A stretch of 26,536 bases of DNA, from the NCBI RefSeq assembly GCF_035285525.1, contig NZ_JAYKGW010000150.1, positions 1-26,536 on the forward strand, in the 5' to 3' direction. The stretch is from Okeania sp. (GTDB taxonomy: Bacteria > Cyanobacteriota > Cyanobacteriia > Cyanobacteriales > Microcoleaceae). The translations under genes and the position numbers were made by a program. Below are positions 19,026 to 26,249 of the stretch, one piece after another (the first letter of the stretch is position 1; every line of letters starts with the position of its first letter). The notes beneath the pieces were generated by a model that did not search any database, had not been told where the DNA came from, and saw only the letters and a list, made by a program, of their open reading frames with translations.

Positions 19026-19292
19026 TTAAGGAATATGCTTTTTATTTCTATTTAGAATTGGTAGTTGTGGACGAGACGAGTTAGGAGGTAGATAATATTC
19101 TGGAACAGAATTAGTTTGCTCAAAATTAGAACCCTTGAGCAACCAAAAACGAAAGACAATGGCCATTCCTACAGTTCCCATTCCTAGACTAAATAAAGAC
19201 CAACTTCCTCCAACACCACCAATCACCGCATCAACAGCTCCTACCGTGACGATAAAGCTTACTACTGGCTCTTTTCGATAAGCTGTTTTCAT
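19026..19292 (-). CDS. Small hypothetical membrane protein
   Basis: The ORF is open to TTG 19370 (114 codons). The first ATG giving a sensible N-terminus is 19292 (MKTAYRKEPVVSFIVTVGAVDAVIGGVGGSWSLFSLGMGTVGMAIVFRFW...). It has two Gly-rich hydrophobic helices and a Pro-rich tail. I recognise no family. Confidence 0.5.
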   Translation of the reverse strand: MKTAYRKEPVVSFIVTVGAVDAVIGGVGGSWSLFSLGMGTVGMAIVFRFWLLKGSNFEQTNSVPEYYLPPNSSRPQLPILNRNKKHIP

Positions 19293-19545
19293 AATTCTTA
19301 GCAATAAAGCGTTAATCATAAGTTCAATTTTAATGTGATCTAGAGTTTGAGTATATTCTATTTTGCTCAAGGGAATTGAGTTAAAAATCTCGCTACCTTA
19401 ATTTTAATTATCCTAACTTATTAAATATACTGCCATATAAAACATTAAATCAGCAAATAAGCTTTTATTGTATCACAGCTTTGTTTGAGAATCTAAAGTT
19501 ATACCCAAAACAATATCATGTTCATCCAATGATGTTTAAACTATT

Positions 19546-19790
19546 TAGGGTTTGCTGATTAAATATCAAAGGACTTATATATTAAAGATTTTAGGCTTTT
19601 TATATCTGGAAATAGTATAAGGTTTTTGCTCCTCAATTGCTAAAAAAGTTAGGATTTTGGTTGACTATTGGCTGAAAAATTAAGGGATAATTCTTCCTCC
19701 TGTCTTCTGTAAATTCCCTATTCCTCCTTTCTGCCGACTCCTGACTCCTGACTCGTACCCCCACCTATAAGACTTTTTCAGCAAGCCCTA
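19546..19790 (+). mobile_element. Family-A MITE copy (reference copy)
   Basis: Left end TAGGGTTTGCTGATTAAATATCAAAG; right end GACTTTTTCAGCAAGCCCTA. A perfect TATTTA duplication lies at 19542-19547 and 19789-19794. Internal heptamers: GACTCCT GACTCCT GACTCGT. Confidence 0.9.
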
Positions 19791-19792
19791 TT

Positions 19793-19837
19793 TAGGGCTT
19801 AGTTCTGATTCCTAACAGACTTTTTGACCAAGTCCTA
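19793..19837 (+). mobile_element. 45-bp deletion derivative of family A (termini only)
   Basis: TAGGGCTTAGTTCTGATTCCTAACAGACTTTTTGACCAAGTCCTA: the left terminus is joined almost directly to the right terminus. Confidence 0.6.
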
Positions 19838-19838
19838 T

Positions 19839-20065
19839 TAGGTCTTGCTGATTAAATCTAAAAGCACTATTTAATCAAGGTTTTAGTCTTTTTAAGTCTG
19901 GAAAAAGTACCTAGTTTTGAGTTGCTTGATGCTCTTCAAGTTAGGATTTTGGATAGACAAACACTGAAAAATCAAGGTAAAATTATCTCCCTTACTTTCT
20001 CTGTCTTCCCACAACAACTACACGAACCACCCCTCCCACACTCTGCTTTTTTTCAGCAAGTCCTA
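19839..20065 (+). mobile_element. Family-A MITE copy
   Basis: Left end TAGGTCTTGCTGATTAAATCTAAAAG; right end CTTTTTTTCAGCAAGTCCTA. Flanks are TATTA / TAATTA. Confidence 0.8.
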
Positions 20066-20067
20066 AT

Positions 20068-20284
20068 TAGAGTTTGTTGAATAAATCTTAAAGCATTAAT
20101 AGATAAAGGTTTTAGCTTTTTTATGTCGAAAAAAGTAGCTAACTTTTGGCTATTATTGTCTCAAAGTGGCAGAGTTTTGACACTAACAATCAGAAAATTT
20201 AGCCATAACAAATAGTCTAAACTTTTCCCTGTTAAGAGTTAAGTATTCCCTTCCTTCATTAACAAACTTTTTCAGCAAGCCCTA
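20068..20284 (+). mobile_element. Family-A MITE copy
   Basis: Left end TAGAGTTTGTTGAATAAATCTTAAAG; right end ACTTTTTCAGCAAGCCCTA. A perfect TAATTA duplication lies at 20064-20069 and 20283-20288. Confidence 0.85.
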
Positions 20285-20511
20285 ATTATTAATTATTTGG
20301 TAAAAAGTCACTTCTATTCCTGCTATCAATTTTTTCCTGATGTAGTGCTAATTTCGATATATCACATAAATACGTTTTTGTCAATTGCCAGTTAAATAGG
20401 GTGGAGAAAATTAGTTAGTTATCCTTTAAGCAATCAAGAGCGATCGCCACCTAAAATAACGACATAATCAGGTTTTACAAGTTTATTTTTCTATTAAGCA
20501 ATAAAATACCC

Positions 20512-20772
20512 ATGGATTATAATAAAATTTATTATATCACGAAATTGGTAAAAATCGCTGAAAGTATTGAAAATTTGTTAATTTATTCATCAATATTATT
20601 GTCAGAGATTGATGACAAAGTTTTAAATTTTAAAATACATAACCTGAAAAGTATAATTAAAACTTGTCAAATATATCTGATGACTATTGAGACAAAGATT
20701 TTGAGAAGAAAAAAGACATCTAAACATTATAAATGTCTTTCTCGGATACAACTTATTTCGGATAATGATTGA
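20512..20772 (+). CDS. Hypothetical 86-aa ORF (weak)
   Basis: This is the only ORF in a very AT-rich spacer between MITEs. It has no Shine-Dalgarno sequence, a low-complexity Ile/Lys/Asn-rich product and no recognisable motif. A perfect 9-bp hairpin (GCCAAGAAA-TTTG-TTTCTTGGC, 20885-20906) lies downstream. Confidence 0.2.
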   Translation: MDYNKIYYITKLVKIAESIENLLIYSSILLSEIDDKVLNFKIHNLKSIIKTCQIYLMTIETKILRRKKTSKHYKCLSRIQLISDND

Positions 20773-20923
20773 TAAAATTATATACAAGTTAATAGTCATC
20801 TTAAAGATGACTGAAGCTATTAGCTAAGGATTTTAATTCTTGGAAACTTGGTGAACTTGGCGAACTTAGGGAGATATGTCATCCGCCAAGAAATTTGTTT
20901 CTTGGCTCAAAGCAAAAGTTATC

Positions 20924-21168
20924 TAGGGCTGGCTGAATTATTTATCAAAGTGTTTACGGGTATTGCTTTCAGCATTTTATAGATGCTAATAAAGTACCAG
21001 CTTTTAGGTGATTCCAGCTTAAAAATCTAGTATTTTGGGCATTTCAAGGGGTAAAAAATTAGAGTAAGATTATTCTGGCTCCTGGATTCTGGATTCTGGA
21101 TTCTGGATTCTGGCTCCTGCCCTCAAATAAAAAAACTTTTACGCTTCCCGATAAATCAGCAAACCCTA
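20924..21168 (+). mobile_element. Family-A MITE copy, GATTCTG-heptamer subfamily, long TIR
   Basis: Left end TAGGGCTGGCTGAATTATTTATC; right end CGATAAATCAGCAAACCCTA (about 20-bp TIR). Flanks are TATCTA / TATCTT. Confidence 0.85.
21070..21118. repeat. Heptanucleotide microsatellite (GGATTCT)x4 flanked by GGCTCCT units, inside a family-A MITE
   Basis: Read directly: TTATTCT GGCTCCT GGATTCT GGATTCT GGATTCT GGATTCT GGCTCCT. Confidence 0.95.
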
Positions 21169-21337
21169 TCTTAAAGATGACTAAAGATAGCTGATTTACT
21201 ATAGCTAATTTAATAAGACTTGATATAAAGTGACGATGTAGAGTTTGGGGTGGTTGACATTTTCAAAGAAACTAGAAAACCCAATCTCTTGAGTTACTTG
21301 AAATTGGGTTTTGGAATAAAAATAAATATAAAAACAA

Positions 21338-21538
21338 TTAAAGAGTTTGTCTAGAAATTAACTTTTCAAAATGAGCTTGAGTTTCCTGCAACATTTCCTC
21401 ACGACCATCTTTTACTTGATTAAGAGAAGGAACTAAATTACGAGCGTGTAAAGTCATGTGTAATTGTAAGTCAGCTACATACTCACTAACATCTTGACGC
21501 AAAGAACATGATGGATATTCTTTAGTTTGTGTATTCAA
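21338..21538 (-). CDS. Hypothetical 66-aa protein, TTG start with strong Shine-Dalgarno
   Basis: On the minus strand AAAGGAGGAAAAATTT precedes TTG 21538 (GGAGG at 21547-21551, 8-nt spacer). The product MNTQTKEYPSCSLRQDVSEYVADLQLHMTLHARNLVPSLNQVKDGREEMLQETQAHFEKLISRQTL is hydrophilic with non-repetitive composition. I recognise no family. Confidence 0.5.
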   Translation of the reverse strand: MNTQTKEYPSCSLRQDVSEYVADLQLHMTLHARNLVPSLNQVKDGREEMLQETQAHFEKLISRQTL

Positions 21539-21908
21539 AAATTTTTCCTCCTTTAAATTATTTGAGCTTGTTTATAATTTAGAAAAGGTATCACGGAAAT
21601 TACTCTGATGTTGCAATTTAGTAATGAAGCTTAATATTTGTCAGGAAAAAAGTTATATTTCTTCATAGTGTTAGTGAACAGGGAAAAGGGAACAGTTAGA
21701 AAAATATTTTCTAGTCTAAAACAGTAATATCTCAAGAGAAACCGGAGAAATACTAGAAACTTTTCAAAACAACATTTCCCGGTGCTAAAATGTAATTATT
21801 CTATAGAGTTAAGTAGGGTAAGTCTTGCTGCGCAATTTGAAAAAGCCCTGATTACAAACTACGGAACTATTAAATATTAAGTTGTGCTGTAATGCACCAT
21901 TAAGTAAG

Positions 21909-22144
21909 TAGGGTTTGCGGAAAAAGTCTTTTATTTTTTTTATAAGGGTAGGAACGTTGCATGCAACCTCCTTACGGGAGTAGAGGATCAGGAAAGTAAT
22001 TTTTTCCCCAACTTTTGCCTAAAACGGTAATTTTTTTATTTTTGACCGAGCCGTGCATTAAGAACTGAAAACCAGGTACTTTTTCCCTACCTAAAAAGGC
22101 TCCTTATATCTGTGAATACTTTGTCAAATTTAATCAGCAAGCTA
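21909..22144 (-). mobile_element. Family-A MITE copy, reverse orientation
   Basis: Left boundary TAGGGTTTGCGGAAAAAGTC; right boundary CTTTGTCAAATTTAATCAGCAAGCTA (terminus degenerate). TAAGTA occurs at 21905-21910 and 22145-22150. Confidence 0.8.
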
Positions 22145-22206
22145 TAAGTAGTTTGTAGTTATTCCAAAGATTTTCCAAAGTCATGCCAAATAATGCCAAA
22201 TATTTT

Positions 22207-22232
22207 GGTGCGTTACGTTTCGCTAACGCACC
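22207..22232 (-). terminator. Perfect 9-bp hairpin 44 nt downstream of ndhE (possible operon terminator; no U-tract)
   Basis: GGTGCGTTA (22207-22215), 8-nt loop, TAACGCACC (22224-22232). The TAAYGCACC motif also occurs at 6042-6050, 6131-6139 and 21889-21897. Confidence 0.4.
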
Positions 22233-22275
22233 CTACTTTAACACTTGATTTTCTAAAGCTGAATGCTTTTAAAAA

Positions 22276-22587
22276 TTACCACTTTAACAAATTAAATTCT
22301 TCCATATCGACTGTATCACGGTTACGATAAATTGCTAAAACTATAGCCAAACCTACAGCAGCTTCAGCAGCAGCAACCGTAATTACAAAAACAGTAAAAA
22401 CCTGACCTTTAATATTTTCAGAATCTAAGAAATTAGAAAAACCCATCAAATTCAAATTTACAGCATTAAGAAGTAACTCAATAGACATTAACACCCTAAC
22501 TGCATTACGACTGGTAATTAAACCATAAATTCCTATACAAAAAAGTGCTGCTGCTAATAATAAAAAATATTCCAGTTGTAATTCCAT
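22276..22587 (-). CDS. ndhE: NAD(P)H-quinone oxidoreductase (NDH-1) subunit 4L
   Basis: 103-aa protein with three TM helices: [38 protein letters not shown]...[17 protein letters not shown]. It is the last gene of the ndhAIGE order. Confidence 0.95.
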   Translation of the reverse strand: MELQLEYFLLLAAALFCIGIYGLITSRNAVRVLMSIELLLNAVNLNLMGFSNFLDSENIKGQVFTVFVITVAAAEAAVGLAIVLAIYRNRDTVDMEEFNLLKW

Positions 22588-22850
22588 AAACTTATTAAAC
22601 CTTTCAATTTATTGATATAACTTACCAATGGATAATTAATAATTAGAGATAGTTTTCATTATTAATCATGTTAGCATTTAGCCGCCAGTTATAAGCTAGC
22701 CTCCTGGGGAGGAACTGTGTTAACAGCTATTGCTTTTAGTGAGCGATAAAAGCTTTATTAATTTAGCTAGAAAAATTTGACTACAAAAGTCAGAGCTAAA
22801 GTCTATATTCCCTTAAAACCGATCCTTAAACATAAGGTATTATTGGTTTT

Positions 22851-22920
22851 TGCGTAGCATTCCTTAAGAATAGCTGACGGCTAATAGCTGTTTGCGCAGC
22901 ATTCCGCAGGAAATGCTTAA
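22851..22920 (-). repeat. SDR units (reverse orientation) in the ndhG-ndhE spacer
   Basis: TGCGTAGCATTCCTTAAGAATAGCTGACGGCTAATAGCTGTTTGCGCAGCATTCCGCAGGAAATGCTTAA. Its reverse complement aligns with 23667-23736 (about 54 of 69 positions; 28 of the first 31) and with the 2296-2379 units. Confidence 0.8.
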
Positions 22921-22948
22921 CTTAGATGATTAATTATTAATTATTTAA

Positions 22949-23554
22949 TTATTCATTAATTTCCCTAGAACTTGCAACTAATTCACGAGGACGTTCTGGC
23001 AAACTTAAAATAGGAGTTTGAGCTGGTGCTTCATCAGGCAAAATATCTCGACGAGCCAAAATAATAGCACCTACCATTGCCATTAATAAAAATACAGAAG
23101 CAAGCTCAAAAGGAAGTAAAAAATCAGTAAAAAAGTGTTTACCAATTAACACAATTGAACTTTCTCCAGCAACAACTCCACTAATAGGAACTGACCAAGA
23201 AGTAGACAATACCATTGTACTCAATAAAGCAAACAAACCAACACAAACTAAACCTGTTGCTCCCTTTCTAAACCAAGCATTAGGTAAAGCCTTAAAATCT
23301 TCTTGTTTATTTACCAACATAATAGCAAATAAAATCAGAACATTAACAGCTCCGACATAAATTAAAACTTGGGCAGTAGCTACAAAATCAGCATTTAATA
23401 ATAGGTATAAACCAGAAATACTGAGAAATACTCCAGCCAAAAGAAAAGCTGAGTAAACAATATTAGAAAGTAAAACTACTCCCAAAGCTGCTCCAATCAT
23501 TGTTACGGCTAAAATAATGAATGAAACAAATTGAACTCCTTGCGCTAAATCCAC
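22949..23554 (-). CDS. ndhG: NAD(P)H-quinone oxidoreductase (NDH-1) subunit 6
   Basis: 201-aa ORF with a GTG start: (M)DLAQGVQFVSFIILAVTMIGAALGVVLLSNIVYSAFLLAGVFLSISGLYLLLNADFVATAQVLIYVGAVNVLILFAIMLV. This is a typical NdhG/ND6 pattern. Confidence 0.93.
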   Translation of the reverse strand: MDLAQGVQFVSFIILAVTMIGAALGVVLLSNIVYSAFLLAGVFLSISGLYLLLNADFVATAQVLIYVGAVNVLILFAIMLVNKQEDFKALPNAWFRKGATGLVCVGLFALLSTMVLSTSWSVPISGVVAGESSIVLIGKHFFTDFLLPFELASVFLLMAMVGAIILARRDILPDEAPAQTPILSLPERPRELVASSREINE

Positions 23555-23666
23555 TTTTTATTCCTTTAAATATATCTGAATTTTCAATAATATCTTATTA
23601 GTTTGTAGTTACTAATTAGTAATAGCTAAAACTTAAGATTAACTCTTCAATAATTAGTTGATAATA

Positions 23667-23745
23667 TAAGTATTTCCTGCGGAATACTGTGCAAACATTT
23701 ATTGGTAGGCAGCTCTTCCTCCGGAATACTTCAGCAAACAGTAAT
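23667..23745 (+). repeat. SDR units (forward orientation) in the ndhI-ndhG spacer
   Basis: TAAGTATTTCCTGCGGAATACTGTGCAAACATTTATTGGTAGGCAGCTCTTCCTCCGGAATACTTCAGCAAACAGTAAT: two units, forming an inverted partner of 22851-22920. Confidence 0.8.
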
Positions 23746-23769
23746 AATCTCTAAACGACAAAGTTTAAA

Positions 23770-23985
23770 TAGATAAGGCTCACCTATATAATATTAAAGA
23801 ATTAACAGATTAAGGTTTGAGTAATTTTAAATATGTAAAAAGTACCAGCCTCTTTGTTTATAGAGTTGAAAAAGTGACGATTTTGGAGTAAATATGGATA
23901 GAAGAAAAATTCATAAACAACTATTTATAATAATTTCTCTGTCTTTCCACATTTCCTAAATTCTGCTTTTTTTCAACAAACCCTA
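23770..23985 (+). mobile_element. Family-A MITE copy inside the ndhI-ndhG spacer (left TIR degenerate)
   Basis: Right end CTTTTTTTCAACAAACCCTA. A perfect TAAATA duplication at 23766-23771 and 23984-23989 defines the boundaries. The internal ...TATATAATATTAAAGA..., AAAAAGTACCAGCC segments align with other copies. Confidence 0.7.
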
Positions 23986-24044
23986 AATATAACTTTTATC
24001 GGAAATCAAAACTAATAGTTAACTGCTGGCTCCTGACCTCAAAA

Positions 24045-24659
24045 CTATTTATCTGTTGTCTCTACTGGTTCTTTCTCAGATTCCATTTGTTCCAAAATTT
24101 CTTCTGGACGGAGACCAGCTCGACGGGAAGTATGAGAAACTGTATGAGGGTCGATAACTCCTTTAGGCAAATAAGCTAATTCTCGCATGGGAGTAACCAT
24201 TGGGTCATTTGTCACCTTGTATGGTAATCTACCCAGAGCCACATTATCATAATTCAACTCATGGCGGTCATAAGCAGCTAGCTCATACTCTTCTGTCATA
24301 GACAAACAGTTAGTAGGGCAATATTCTACACAGTTGCCACAAAATATACAAACTCCAAAGTCAATGCTATAATGCTTAAGCTTTTTCTTTTTAGTTTCTT
24401 TGTTAAATTCCCAATCTACTACAGGTAAATTAATCGGACAAACTCTGACACAAACTTCACAGGCAATACACTTATCAAATTCAAAGTGAATCCTACCTCT
24501 AAATCTTTCAGAAGGAATTAACTTTTCATAAGGGTATTGTACAGTAACTGGACGACGGCGCATGTGGTCAAAAGTTACAGATAAACCTTGACCAATATAT
24601 TTGGCAGCTTGAAGAGTTTCTTTAGCGTAATCGCTTACTTGGTTGAGGAATTTGAACAT
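24045..24659 (-). CDS. ndhI: NAD(P)H-quinone oxidoreductase (NDH-1) subunit I, 2x[4Fe-4S]
   Basis: 204-aa ORF with two ferredoxin motifs, [12 protein letters not shown] and [12 protein letters not shown], and the canonical N-terminus [24 protein letters not shown]. Confidence 0.96.
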   Translation of the reverse strand: MFKFLNQVSDYAKETLQAAKYIGQGLSVTFDHMRRRPVTVQYPYEKLIPSERFRGRIHFEFDKCIACEVCVRVCPINLPVVDWEFNKETKKKKLKHYSIDFGVCIFCGNCVEYCPTNCLSMTEEYELAAYDRHELNYDNVALGRLPYKVTNDPMVTPMRELAYLPKGVIDPHTVSHTSRRAGLRPEEILEQMESEKEPVETTDK

Positions 24660-25130
24660 AGGGTTTTTGCTTTATAAAACTTATACCGTTTTACGGAAGT
24701 CAAAAGTTAAAAGTAAGATTTTATCAGCTTAAAACTTTGACTATAAAGTAACTTTAGGAAATTATTTCACATTTAAAGTTATCAACTATTTGTTTGTCAC
24801 ATCTTTAAAAGTGAATTAGTGTTACACGTAGGATTTTAAAGTGACAATTTGAGCTTTATTTAATGAGTGTAATTAAAAAATCTCAAATTAATTGGCTAGT
24901 GATTTATCTTTTCTTTTATCAGTATTTAGTATCCCACTATTTATAGGGTACTTAAAATTGCTTGGGATGGGAATCCCGAATGCAATTTTACCAAAAAATT
25001 GGGTCTAACGTCTCCCCATTCAAAGGGATGAAAAAAAATCAACCTTAGTATTTTAAGCATAGGTAAACAGCTACGAGGTACTGTTAACTAATAACTAATA
25101 ACTAATAACTGAAATAACCTTCTGCCTTCT

Positions 25131-26249
25131 TCAACCGCCAAAAGCAAATGGGAAAACTAACTTTAGAGCAGCAGTTAATAATAAGTTAACCAAAGCTACT
25201 GGCAATAAGAACTTCCAACCCAAGTTTAATAATTGGTCAATTCTCACCCTTGGTAATGTCCAACGTAACAAAACTGCTATAAATACAAGTAAGTAAGTTT
25301 TAATTAAGGTCATAATAATACCTAAAGCAGCATTGGTTATTTGTAACCAAGGAGTCGTATCACTTACTCCCAAGAAATTAGATAACAGTTCGACTGGAAT
25401 AGGAGACTCCCATCCACCCAAATATAAAATCGCCACAAATAGGGAAGATAAAACTAGGTTGACATAAGAAGCTAAATAATATAGGGCAAATTTCATCCCA
25501 GTATATTCAGTTTGATATCCAGCCACTAATTCTTCTTCTGCTTCTGGAAGGTCAAAAGGAAGACGTTCACATTCTGCCAATACAGCTATCCAGAAAATTA
25601 TGAAGCCTAATGGTTGTCTCCAAATATTCCATCCTAAAATTCCATAGCCTGATTGTTGTTCAACAATATCAATTGTGCTAAGACTGTTGGACATCATTAC
25701 TACTGCTAATACAGCCAAAGCCAAAGGAAGTTCATAACTAATAGATTGGGCAGCAGCTCGTAAACCTCCAAGTAGAGAATATTTATTGTTAGAAGCATAG
25801 CCAGACATTAGTAGTCCAATAGGCTGAATACTGGAAAGGGCAATCCACAAAAATATGGCTACTCCCAGGTCTGTAATTACTAAATTTTGTCCAAAGGGTA
25901 CTACTAGATAGGAGAGAAATACTGGAATGGCTACAATTACAGGTCCTAATGTAAATAGTAAAGGATCTGCTTTGGCCGGAACAACGTCCTCTTTAAAAAC
26001 TAATTTTAGACCATCAGCTAAAGGTGCTAGAGTCCCCAGAGGTCCAATAAATTCTGGCCCAATTCTTTGTTGTGCTGCTGCGGAGATTTTTCGCTCTAGC
26101 CAAACTGTGACTAGAACTCCGACAGTAGCACCAACAATCATTAATAACATGGGAAATGGCAGCCATAGGGTTTTGGCTATTTCTGAGGATAAGCCCAAGT
26201 CTACGAGGGCTTGAATAAATGTTCTTTGTAAATCAATTCCTGAATTCAT
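25131..26249 (-). CDS. ndhA: NAD(P)H-quinone oxidoreductase (NDH-1) subunit 1
   Basis: 372-aa polytopic membrane protein with [39 protein letters not shown] and [25 protein letters not shown], the NuoH/NdhA signature regions. Confidence 0.96.
   Translation of the reverse strand: MNSGIDLQRTFIQALVDLGLSSEIAKTLWLPFPMLLMIVGATVGVLVTVWLERKISAAAQQRIGPEFIGPLGTLAPLADGLKLVFKEDVVPAKADPLLFTLGPVIVAIPVFLSYLVVPFGQNLVITDLGVAIFLWIALSSIQPIGLLMSGYASNNKYSLLGGLRAAAQSISYELPLALAVLAVVMMSNSLSTIDIVEQQSGYGILGWNIWRQPLGFIIFWIAVLAECERLPFDLPEAEEELVAGYQTEYTGMKFALYYLASYVNLVLSSLFVAILYLGGWESPIPVELLSNFLGVSDTTPWLQITNAALGIIMTLIKTYLLVFIAVLLRWTLPRVRIDQLLNLGWKFLLPVALVNLLLTAALKLVFPFAFGG

Noticed and set aside
19546-20284. CRISPR array or other periodic array, suggested by the ~220-245-bp periodicity here and by the heptamer runs at 12664-12705 and 21070-21118
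   Set aside because: The units are complete TIR-bounded elements with their own target duplications and diverged interiors. There is no 25-40-nt repeat/spacer alternation and no cas genes. The heptamer runs are simple microsatellites.
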